Of a DNA stretch of 32,000 bases, positions 9,492-17,830 are shown piece after piece; the first letter of the stretch is position 1; every line of letters begins with the position of its first letter. Location of the stretch: the NCBI RefSeq assembly GCF_003367075.2, contig NZ_CP065936.1, positions 1 to 32,000 of the forward strand, written 5' to 3'. This DNA comes from Cylindrospermopsis raciborskii Cr2010 (lineage in GTDB: Bacteria > Cyanobacteriota > Cyanobacteriia > Cyanobacteriales > Nostocaceae). Both the position numbers and the translations under genes were made by a program. The notes under the pieces are model-generated. The model made no database searches and had not been told where the DNA came from. It saw nothing but the letters and a program-made list of their open reading frames with translations.

Positions 9492-10949
9492 ATGATTTTA
9501 GATAACTTTGCGCGACAGTTACGCCAAGAAGCACAACGTTGGCGCGATGAAGGAATTATCAGTTCTTCCCAATATGAACAAATTGCTGATCGTCATCAAT
9601 TCAAAAAAATAGAAGGATCTGCTAAAGAAAGTTCTGGGTTGATAGCTATTGCTTTTGGTGGTTTATTGCTGATTTTGGGTATAGTTATTTTCCTAGCAGC
9701 AAATTGGCAAACCTGGTCTAGGGAAGTGAAATTTATCCTGTTAATGAGTCTATTTTTATCCACTGCTATTACTGGATTTTTCACTTGGAGAGAACCAACC
9801 CTAAGTCGGGAAAAAAAGGGAGAAGATAAAAAATCTAAACCTGGTAAACGCTTTTTAGGGGAAGGTTTACTAGTAATGAGTAGCCTAATCTTAGGAGCAA
9901 CATTAGTGTTGATGGCAGAAATATTTAATATTAGTGGTTCACCCACACAGTTGTTTTTAGCCTGGGGTTTTGGTGTTTTGATCATGGCCTATAGCCTTTG
10001 TATTAATTCCTTAGGAATTTTGGCTATTTTGCTATTACAAATTGGCTATTGGTTGGGACTTGGAGAATTTTCTGTAACTGATGGCAATTTCACTGGTGGT
10101 GATTTAAATTGGGCCCAATTAGCTGTTCGACATACCCCTTTAATTTCCTGGGTATTGTTTGTTCCATTAGCTTATATTTGCCGTTCACGGATAATTTTTA
10201 TCCTAGCAGCGATCGCCTTTACGTTTTCCCTGCAATATAATCTTCAACCTTTACCACTATTAACTTCTTCAGATGTTTTTCCGTGGGTAGCTTCTTTTGC
10301 TTTAGCATTACCACCCGCCCTATTTTGGAGTTATGATGATTTATTGTTTCCCACGGTCAACTACAGGTTATTTCAGGGAATAGCTCGCCATTTTGCCCTA
10401 GGTTGTTTTGCTGTGGTATTTTACCTTTTATCCTTTCGTTGGCAATGGCAATCCTTGGACTTTGGTAATTCCTCTAGTTCCTTCAATAATTTCTCCACTG
10501 GGTTTCAATCCTTATCTATTATTGATTTAGGAATTATTGGTGGTTTGGTATTTATTCAATGGTTATTCCTCTTCCGTCATCGGAATAATCCTAACCGTCG
10601 GGAAGCATTTTTCAATTTAACTGTCATTGGCATTTTTCTAGGTTTCATTGTGATCATTCCCTTTTGGCATCAGGGTATTGGTCGAATTCCAGAATTGGGA
10701 ATTTTCATTTTTAATTCTCTGTTGTTTACTTTATCCTGGGGACTAATTCAAGAAGGATTAAAGTTGAGTAGCAGAATTGCTTTTTGGTGTGGCATGATGT
10801 TATTAATTTTGCAAATTATTAGTCGGATCTTAGAGTATGACACTGACTTATTATTTAGATCCTTAGTATTCGTAATCTGTGGATCTGGTTTGATTTCTGC
10901 TGGTCTTTGGTTTGAAGGGAGATTACAGGAACGCACAGTGAAAAAATAG
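9492..10949 (+). CDS. DUF2157-type multi-pass membrane protein
   Basis: 485 aa; N-terminal LRQEAQRWRDEGIISSSQYEQI followed by many hydrophobic helices. Confidence 0.72.
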   Translation: MILDNFARQLRQEAQRWRDEGIISSSQYEQIADRHQFKKIEGSAKESSGLIAIAFGGLLLILGIVIFLAANWQTWSREVKFILLMSLFLSTAITGFFTWREPTLSREKKGEDKKSKPGKRFLGEGLLVMSSLILGATLVLMAEIFNISGSPTQLFLAWGFGVLIMAYSLCINSLGILAILLLQIGYWLGLGEFSVTDGNFTGGDLNWAQLAVRHTPLISWVLFVPLAYICRSRIIFILAAIAFTFSLQYNLQPLPLLTSSDVFPWVASFALALPPALFWSYDDLLFPTVNYRLFQGIARHFALGCFAVVFYLLSFRWQWQSLDFGNSSSSFNNFSTGFQSLSIIDLGIIGGLVFIQWLFLFRHRNNPNRREAFFNLTVIGIFLGFIVIIPFWHQGIGRIPELGIFIFNSLLFTLSWGLIQEGLKLSSRIAFWCGMMLLILQIISRILEYDTDLLFRSLVFVICGSGLISAGLWFEGRLQERTVKK

Positions 10950-10968
10950 TCAATTCAACTAACTTACC

Positions 10969-11757
10969 ATGACAAATAACACACCGGAAAAAAATAATAC
11001 CTCGACTCCAGAAAAGGAGTTTTCTGAAAAGCTGACTTTTCGTGATTATTTAATTGCTACGGAAGAAAAAGCTCATCAACCTCTACCATTTTGGAGATTG
11101 GTTGCTCCTCTCTTGGTACAAGTGGGTTTGATTTTAGGGGTTCCCAGTCAAGCAGTTTATACAGAAATGGCTGGTAAGTTGGTGATTTTACAAACCTTAC
11201 CCACTGATGTTTCTAACCTATTAGAAGGGTCTGCTTTGTCTTTTGATTATAATATCTCTCGTCCCCAAACTTTGAGAAGATTACCCGGTTGGAGAGACTG
11301 GGTAAGACAAAATTCTCGGAGAAATGGCAGAATTATCCAAGGTAGTACTTTATATGTGATTTTGCAGGAGCAACGGTCATTAAACCGTCAATTTAATAGT
11401 CCATTTAATGATAGATTCACTAGCGATCGCTCTAATGATGGTAACCTTAATTCTAGGGTTAATTCTGCTGTTCCTGTAGCTTGGAAACCCGTGAGTATTA
11501 GTTCCGATCTTCCTATGTATTTATCCAATAATCAGGTAGCTTTAAAGGGTAATTATCAAAATGGGTCAATTAATTACGGGTTAGAAAATTACTATGTTTC
11601 TCAAGCACAAAGAGAACAAATCGATTATGACTTATTCCAAGCACAGCAAAATCAACGTGCTAGGAGAAGACCAATACTTGTGAGAGTCAAGGTTGATTCT
11701 CAAGGTAATGCTACTCCTACCAGTATGTGGATAGGCGATCGCAATTATAATTTTTAA
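10969..11757 (+). CDS. GDYXXLXY-like membrane-associated protein paired with DUF2157 protein
   Basis: Short hydrophobic N-terminal helix, LLEGSALSFDYNI motif variant, C-terminal RRPILVRVKVDSQGNATPTSMWIG; adjacent to a DUF2157 gene. Confidence 0.6.
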   Translation: MTNNTPEKNNTSTPEKEFSEKLTFRDYLIATEEKAHQPLPFWRLVAPLLVQVGLILGVPSQAVYTEMAGKLVILQTLPTDVSNLLEGSALSFDYNISRPQTLRRLPGWRDWVRQNSRRNGRIIQGSTLYVILQEQRSLNRQFNSPFNDRFTSDRSNDGNLNSRVNSAVPVAWKPVSISSDLPMYLSNNQVALKGNYQNGSINYGLENYYVSQAQREQIDYDLFQAQQNQRARRRPILVRVKVDSQGNATPTSMWIGDRNYNF

Positions 11758-11763
11758 GGTTAA

Positions 11764-11789
11764 AGGATTCCCTGTGGGAATCCTTTTTT
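11764..11789 (+). terminator. Intrinsic terminator between convergent genes
   Basis: AGGATTCCC-TGT-GGGAATCCT perfect 9-bp stem followed directly by a T run. Confidence 0.8.
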
Positions 11790-13613
11790 CTAATCAATGT
11801 TAAAGTTAAAAGGGAGACGAGCATAAATTCCCTGTGGGTCATTCATGATGCGAAAGATTGTTGTTTCCTTTCGTACTTTTTCTAATTCTGTTATGAGGGG
11901 ATTAGTTTGACTTGTGTCCCGGTTGTGTATCCCTATTATTGCTTCTTCAAGTTTTTTGCCAAAAAAACGCTCTCCTAAAGTGGTTACTTCTGGATACTCT
12001 TCCACTTGCCAATCTTTACCTAATTTTGCTTTCTTCGCTGCATATTCAATGGCAATATTTAATCCGCCAATTTCATCCACTAACCCGATTTGTTTTGCTG
12101 TTGCACCCGACCAAACTCTCCCTTGTGCAATTTCTCCTACTTTTGTTTCGGGAAGTTTTCTACCCTGCACAACCTTATTGATAAACATATTATAAATTCG
12201 GTTGACACTGCGTTGATAAATTGCCAGTTCCTGTGGTGATTTGGGACGGGAAACAGTTTGACTATCCGCAAATTCGCTAGTTTTTACTGTGTCCCAAGTA
12301 ATACCATTATTATTGGCCAATTTTTGACCGTTTAATAACACACCAAATACACCTATTGAACCTGTAAGAGTGCCAGGTTCGGCAAAAATATGATCGGAAT
12401 TACTAGCAATCCAATACCCACCTGATGCTGCTACATCACCCATGGAAACAATTACGGGTTTGACTTGTTTGGTTAATTGAATTTCTCGTTCTATAATTTC
12501 TGAAGCTGTTGCACTCCCTCCAGGACTATTAATTCTCAAAACTACGGATTTAATGTCTTGATCTTGGCGAATTTTGCGCAGGACTTTAGCATAGCGATCG
12601 CCTCCTATTTGGGAACTTTCTCCCTCACCATCTACTATCTCTCCCTCTGCATAAACTACAGCAATTTTATTTTGTGAATTCTGCTGTTCTTTAATTTCAC
12701 TAGCTTGGAGGTAATCACCGATTCCTATTTGCCTGAAGCTCTTACCATCATTATCACTAGTGCCTATTGTTTTTAAATTAGCTACCACTTGGTCTGTATA
12801 AGCTACTTCATCTATCAGACCATTATTTTTTGCATCTTTTGCTTCTAATACACCTTGGTTATTAGCAATTTCCTGTAGTATTTCCGGGGAAATTTTACGG
12901 CTTTTTCCTACGGAATTACCCCACTCTCCCCACAGATCATCTAATAACTGTTGGGTTTGCTCTCTGTTTTCTGGACTCAGTTTATCTAGTACCAGGGGTT
13001 CAACTGCTCCCTTAAATTTCCCCACTCGTACCACTTGCACTCCAATCCCATATTTTTGCAATGCTCCTGTGAGGAATATTGGTTGTGAACTTAATCCATT
13101 AATTTCCATCATTCCCACAGGGTTAAGGAAAATCTTATCTGCTACGGAACTTAGATAATATTCCCGCTCACTCCAACCCACACCATAAGCAATTATTTTT
13201 TTTCCTGATGCGCGGAATTTTTCCAGAGCTTGGCGAATTTCTCTTAAGGAAGCATAACCCAAACTACTAACCTTGCTAGATTCACTAACATTTATGTAAA
13301 TTCCTACAATCCTTTGGTCTTCTGCTGCTTGCTCCAATGCTCCTATTAGTTGACGTAGGGTAATTTGTTCTTCCCCCGCTCCGGTGAGAGTTTTTTCTAA
13401 AACCTCTGTATAGCTAGGTTGGGTTTCCGTAATTTTTACGGATAAGTCAAACACTAACATGGATTGATCTTTAACTTGTGGTTCCGTGCTTTGAGAGCTA
13501 GTAGCAGCAATTACCAAGAACAACAAGCCTAAAAAACTAACACCAGAGAAAATACTTAGTCCTAATAAGCTGCCAATTAAACTGGCAAGAGTTTGTTTAA
13601 TAAAGTTATTCAT
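11790..13613 (-). CDS. sppA: Signal peptide peptidase SppA (67K type)
   Basis: 607 aa; VLRINSPGGSATASEIIEREI, GDVAASGGYWIASNSDHIFAEPGTLTGSIGVFG and KIFLNPVGMMEINGL. Confidence 0.94.
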   Translation of the reverse strand: MNNFIKQTLASLIGSLLGLSIFSGVSFLGLLFLVIAATSSQSTEPQVKDQSMLVFDLSVKITETQPSYTEVLEKTLTGAGEEQITLRQLIGALEQAAEDQRIVGIYINVSESSKVSSLGYASLREIRQALEKFRASGKKIIAYGVGWSEREYYLSSVADKIFLNPVGMMEINGLSSQPIFLTGALQKYGIGVQVVRVGKFKGAVEPLVLDKLSPENREQTQQLLDDLWGEWGNSVGKSRKISPEILQEIANNQGVLEAKDAKNNGLIDEVAYTDQVVANLKTIGTSDNDGKSFRQIGIGDYLQASEIKEQQNSQNKIAVVYAEGEIVDGEGESSQIGGDRYAKVLRKIRQDQDIKSVVLRINSPGGSATASEIIEREIQLTKQVKPVIVSMGDVAASGGYWIASNSDHIFAEPGTLTGSIGVFGVLLNGQKLANNNGITWDTVKTSEFADSQTVSRPKSPQELAIYQRSVNRIYNMFINKVVQGRKLPETKVGEIAQGRVWSGATAKQIGLVDEIGGLNIAIEYAAKKAKLGKDWQVEEYPEVTTLGERFFGKKLEEAIIGIHNRDTSQTNPLITELEKVRKETTIFRIMNDPQGIYARLPFNFNID

Positions 13614-13693
13614 TCGATTTTGTTAGATTTCAGATTATTGATTATTTTGCGGGTGTTACCTAATTCTATCCCAATTCTATTTTAATTGTAATA

Positions 13694-14740
13694 TCACATG
13701 CTTTGTAAACAGTTAGATTGCTTTAATTCATGCAAATTTCTATTACCTGTACAGAATAATACTGTAGTAATTTCCGCGATTAATACTTCTGTTAACTCTT
13801 CTAGTGCAGTTATTGATACATCCGCAGATTGTAAAAAGGGCATTGCTAATCCAGCAATATCACTCCCCAGAGCGATCGCCTTGGCCGCGTCTAACCCATT
13901 ACGCAACCCTCCGGAAGCGATTAGGGGGAGTTGGGGGAACCGGGAGCGAATAGTAGTAATACATTCTGCTGTGGATATACCCCAATTGGCAAAGGTTTTA
14001 CCTAATCTTCGTTGTAGTGCGGTTTCAGCTCTTTCACTTTCTACTAAAGCCCATGATGTACCTCCTGCACCCGCCACATCTATGGCTTGTACGCCTGCTG
14101 ATATTAATTTTTCTGCCATCTTGACGGAAATTCCATTACCCACTTCTTTGGCAATTACAGGTACTGGTAATTGTTGGCATAGTTGGGCAATTTTGTCAAG
14201 TAGTCCATAAAAATTGGTATCACCCCTGGGTTGAATAAATTCCTGCAAAGGATTAATGTGGAGTATAAGAGCATCAGCTTCTAGAGCATCGATAATTCGT
14301 AAGCACTCATCTATGCCACATTGATAATTGAGTTGTACCGCACCTAGATTGGCAAATAACAGCACATCCGGGGCGTATTGGCGAATGGCAAAAGTATCAG
14401 CCACCTCTGGTTTTTCTAAGAGGACACGTTGGGAGCCAACACCCATTGCTAGTCTATATTTTTGGGCAATTTCCGCTAATCGACGATTAATAATACCTGC
14501 TCTTTGGGTACCCCCGGTCATAGAGGAGATTAATAGAGGAGCATGCAAATCCCGATTCAGAAATTTGGTGCTGATATCTATTTGTTTACCGTCCTGTTCT
14601 GGTAGACAACAATGAACAAATCGATATTTTTCCAGTCCCGTAGTAATTTGATCAGATTGCACATTCTCTTCTAAGCAAATCCGTATATGGTCTGCTTTGC
14701 GGTTTTGGATGAGGTTTGAATGATTAGTTATAGGTTTCAC
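13694..14740 (-). CDS. fni: Type 2 isopentenyl-diphosphate delta-isomerase
   Basis: 348 aa; [53 protein letters not shown]. Confidence 0.95.
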   Translation of the reverse strand: MKPITNHSNLIQNRKADHIRICLEENVQSDQITTGLEKYRFVHCCLPEQDGKQIDISTKFLNRDLHAPLLISSMTGGTQRAGIINRRLAEIAQKYRLAMGVGSQRVLLEKPEVADTFAIRQYAPDVLLFANLGAVQLNYQCGIDECLRIIDALEADALILHINPLQEFIQPRGDTNFYGLLDKIAQLCQQLPVPVIAKEVGNGISVKMAEKLISAGVQAIDVAGAGGTSWALVESERAETALQRRLGKTFANWGISTAECITTIRSRFPQLPLIASGGLRNGLDAAKAIALGSDIAGLAMPFLQSADVSITALEELTEVLIAEITTVLFCTGNRNLHELKQSNCLQSM

Positions 14741-14843
14741 AGATACTTACTACTATTAATATAGGGGGTGGGACTAGATTATAATAACTGTAATATGATT
14801 GATTATTCCTCACATTGGAAATTTATTATATTGTGTGTGAATC

Positions 14844-16358
14844 ATGCCTTTGTCTCGCATAGTTACACTTGTAATTGGCTTAATTATAATTTTAGGACTA
14901 GCTCTGTGGTTAATTGACTCCCTAAGTCGTTTATATTGGCAGCTATCCTATTCTCCCTTATTAGGTAATTTACTATTGTTCCTACTGGTCATACTTTTAG
15001 TGGGACTAGTTGCAGCTTTTGTCTATTATGTATTAATTCTACCCACTGGTGAAACAAAATCCCCGCGTCCCAGGGTTACTGCTGCTCAAATTCCCGCTGC
15101 TAAGTCGGATGCAGCTTCTAGCACCTTACAAGCGGTTCGTCAACAGGTGGCACAAATTCAAGATGAAGTTACTCGTCAAGCTTTATTGAGTCGCACTAGG
15201 GAAATAGAAGCTAATTTGGCACGGGGGGAAATCCAAGTAGTTGTTTTTGGTACAGGAAGTGCTGGTAAAACTTCGCTGGTCAATGCTATTATGGGGCGAA
15301 TGGTGGGAGAGGTAAACGCTCCTATGGGTACAACTAAGGTCGGTGAAACCTATTGTTTACGCTTGAAGGGTTTAGAACGGAAAATTTTAATTACTGATAC
15401 ACCGGGGATTTTGGAAGCAGGGATCCCTGGAACGGAACGGGAACACCTAGCTAGAGCTTTGGCTACAGAAGCAGATTTGTTATTGTTTGTGGTAGATAAT
15501 GACCTACGTCGTTCTGAGTATGAACCTTTAAGGGGTTTAGCAGAAATTGGTAAGCGATCGCTTTTAGTTCTCAACAAAACTGATTTATATAAAGATGAAG
15601 ACAAAGATGCTATTTTAATTAAGTTACGAGAAAGGGTGAGGGATTATATTGATCATAATGATGTAGTGGCGATCGCAGCTAACCCCCAAGCTGTGGAATT
15701 GGAGGGAGGGGAAATTTTTCGACCAGAACCTGAAATAGTTCCTCTCCTAAAACGCATAGCTGCTGTATTACGAGCTGAGGGTGAAGATTTAATAGCGGAT
15801 AATATTTTATTACAGTCTTTACGATTAGGGGAGGAAGCTCGCAAACTCATTGATTCCCAGCGTCGTCGTCAAGCTGATAAAATAGTTTATAGATATCAGT
15901 GGATTGGTGCTGGGGTGGTATCAGTTACCCCCCTACCCGTAGTTGATTTATTAGCCACAGCAGCAGTTAATGCTCAGATGGTAGTAGAAATTGGCAAGGT
16001 TTATGGTTGTGACTTAAATATGGACAGGGGTAAGGAATTGGCCTTATCTTTGGGCAAAACTATTGCTGGTTTAGGTATAGTTAAGGGCGCTATTGAGTTG
16101 CTATCTACGGCTTTACAACTTCACGTTGCTACCTTTTTAGTTGGGCGTGCTATTCAGGGAGTAACCGCTGCTTATTTGACCCGTATTGCTGGTAAGAGTT
16201 TTATTGAGTATTTTCGCCATGATCAAGACTGGGGTGATGGAGGAATGACGGAGGTGGTTCAGGAACAATTTCAAATTAATCGTCGAGACAAGTTTATTCA
16301 GGATTTTATTCAAGAGGCGATCGCTAAAGTTGTTAAACCATTAGCTGATCGTGAATAA
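14844..16358 (+). CDS. Era/dynamin-like GTPase with C-terminal DUF697-type helical region and N-terminal TM segments
   Basis: GTGSAGKTSLVNAIMG (G1), DTPG (G3), NKTD (G4), then hydrophobic C-terminal helices. Confidence 0.83.
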   Translation: MPLSRIVTLVIGLIIILGLALWLIDSLSRLYWQLSYSPLLGNLLLFLLVILLVGLVAAFVYYVLILPTGETKSPRPRVTAAQIPAAKSDAASSTLQAVRQQVAQIQDEVTRQALLSRTREIEANLARGEIQVVVFGTGSAGKTSLVNAIMGRMVGEVNAPMGTTKVGETYCLRLKGLERKILITDTPGILEAGIPGTEREHLARALATEADLLLFVVDNDLRRSEYEPLRGLAEIGKRSLLVLNKTDLYKDEDKDAILIKLRERVRDYIDHNDVVAIAANPQAVELEGGEIFRPEPEIVPLLKRIAAVLRAEGEDLIADNILLQSLRLGEEARKLIDSQRRRQADKIVYRYQWIGAGVVSVTPLPVVDLLATAAVNAQMVVEIGKVYGCDLNMDRGKELALSLGKTIAGLGIVKGAIELLSTALQLHVATFLVGRAIQGVTAAYLTRIAGKSFIEYFRHDQDWGDGGMTEVVQEQFQINRRDKFIQDFIQEAIAKVVKPLADRE

Positions 16359-16387
16359 AAGTTTGTAACTCAATCACAAATAAAAGA

Positions 16388-16576
16388 ATGAGTATTGTAA
16401 ATATATCTGATCACGTTTACGTTTCTTCAAAATTACATCAAATTATAGAAGATACTGTAAATTTTTTTGATGGCACACCAGTATATCCAATTCCTATTAC
16501 AGAACGTTTTTGTGGGACTGGAGTTTATGGCCTATATTGCACTGCAAAATCCGGTATATATTCGGGATTTAATTTA
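16388..16576 (+). pseudogene. Eco29kI-like (GIY-YIG type) restriction endonuclease N-terminal remnant, interrupted by IS630 element
   Basis: MSIVNISDHVYVSSKLHQIIEDTVNFFDGTPVYPIPITERFCGTGVYGLYCTAKSGIYSGFNL reads directly up to the IS left flank TA at 16575-16576. Confidence 0.72.
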
Positions 16577-16604
16577 CAGCAGTTTTCATGTAAATAAACC
16601 ACAA
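16577..16604 (+). repeat. Left terminal inverted repeat of the IS630 element
   Basis: CAGCAGTTTTCATGTAAATAAACCACAA. Confidence 0.88.
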
Positions 16605-17535
16605 TGATTGAACCAATTAAGCGCATCCTCTGCTGTAATATAATTTACTGCACTTGTCATGGCCTCATTTAGGGCTTCTAATGTTCGTGCCTCCCGACTA
16701 CGGAGAAATTGCTTTAATTTTGACCAACACAATTCTATCGGAGATAAGTCTGGAGAATAGGGGGGTAAAAACTTAACTTTTGCACCGACTGATTCAATTG
16801 ACAATCTCACGCGCTCGGCATAATGAACCTTTAAATTATCCATAACAACAATAGCCCCTTTCCATAATTGAGGTACTAAAACCTGATTTACATAAGTGAG
16901 AAATACTTCTGTATTTGTGCTTCCCTCTACAGTCATTGCTGCCAGAATTCCATCCATATTTAAAGCCCCAATCAGAGAAATATTTTTGCCCTTGTTTCCT
17001 GGTACGCTACCAATTGCTCTTTGTCCATCTTGGCTTCTGGCAAACAACCTTGACATCCCTAAATTTATCCCCGATTCATCTAAAAACACTAAATTTCTAA
17101 TATCAACTGTATCTACCCAACGACGATAATCATGCCTTAATTCTTGAACACGTGGAGTCTCCTGTTCACTGGCATTTAGACTTTTTTTTTATGACGTAGA
17201 CCCAACTTTTCTAAGGCTCGATGCATGGTTGTGATACTAACACTAGTGCCCGTCGTTTCTCTCAGGCGATCGCACAATTCTGAAAGTAGTAAATCATTTT
17301 TCTCATCCAGCCAAGACTTGATCATGTTTAAATATTGGCCTGCAATTACAGGCTTTTCATATCCTCCACATTGCTTTGGCTCAACTTGCCCAGTTTCACG
17401 ATAACGACGTACTAAATTTCTCACAAATGATAAGCTGACCTTGAATCTTTCTGCCAACTGGCGTTGAGATCCCTCTTGAGCAACCCATGCTACAATCACG
17501 CGATTACGCAAATCTATTGAATAAGGTTTTGGCAT
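16586..17535 (-). CDS. IS630-family transposase, two overlapping frames (ORFA 17176-17535, DDE ORFB open frame 16586-17089 and upstream) joined by a probable -1 frameshift
   Basis: ORFA has helix-turn-helix AERFKVSLSFVRNLVRRYRETG; ORFB has FLDESGINLG, VVMDNLKVHY, LPPYSPDLSPIELCWSKLK (DDE triad). Run of nine A at the junction (T run 17182-17190 on + strand). Confidence 0.88.
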
Positions 17536-17596
17536 ATAATTTGACAGTACTTCTACTCTATTTTAGTTTATTACCCTTATTATAGCTTATCTTATT

Positions 17597-17624
17597 TTGT
17601 AGTTTAACTACATGAAAATTGCTG
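17597..17624 (-). repeat. Right terminal inverted repeat of the IS630 element
   Basis: TTGTAGTTTAACTACATGAAAATTGCTG, inverted relative to the left end. Confidence 0.88.
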
Positions 17625-17626
17625 TA

Positions 17627-17812
17627 GTCAATAGAACTATATTACGTCTTCCTATCTATATTGGCAAAGCTGTACCAAAACGAATTCAGACGTTTCCTGA
17701 TAATTATAGATTTATTGGTTGCTGGACAGAATCTATGAGACAAATTGGAAATGCAGTACCTGTGGAGTTGGGTTATTTTTTGGCTAGTTCTCTATCAAGA
17801 GCTTTATGTTGA
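17627..17812 (+). pseudogene. Continuation of the remnant: Eco29kI-like fragment fused in frame to the C-terminal end of a C5-cytosine DNA methyltransferase
   Basis: VNRTILRLPIYIGKAVPK (endonuclease-like) followed by RIQTFPDNYRFIGCWTESMRQIGNAVPVELGYFLASSLSRALC, matching C5-MTase motifs IX/X region (QTFPDxYxF...RQIGNAVP). Confidence 0.78.
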
Positions 17813-17830
17813 ATTTTTCTTCTCTCTATC

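Larger units (their letters stand above)
16577..17624 (-). mobile_element. IS630-family insertion sequence, about 1048 bp, TA target duplication
   Basis: Terminal inverted repeats CAGCAGTTTTCATGTAAATAAACCACAA (left) and CAGCAATTTTCATGTAGTTAAACTACAA (right, reverse complement), 24/28 identical; flanking TA at 16575-16576 and 17625-17626; encodes a DDE transposase. Confidence 0.93.

Noticed and set aside
13698-14615. ORFs 13698-14210 and 14328-14615 on + strand
   Set aside because: Antisense to the clearly identified fni gene.
16388-16597. 69-aa ORF as an intact small protein
   Set aside because: Its last residues (QQFSCK) are encoded by the IS left end; the native part stops at the TA at 16575-16576.
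17612-17812. 66-aa ORF as an independent gene
   Set aside because: Its ATG lies inside the IS630 right inverted repeat; the true reading frame starts upstream of the IS at 16388, so it is a disrupted remnant.
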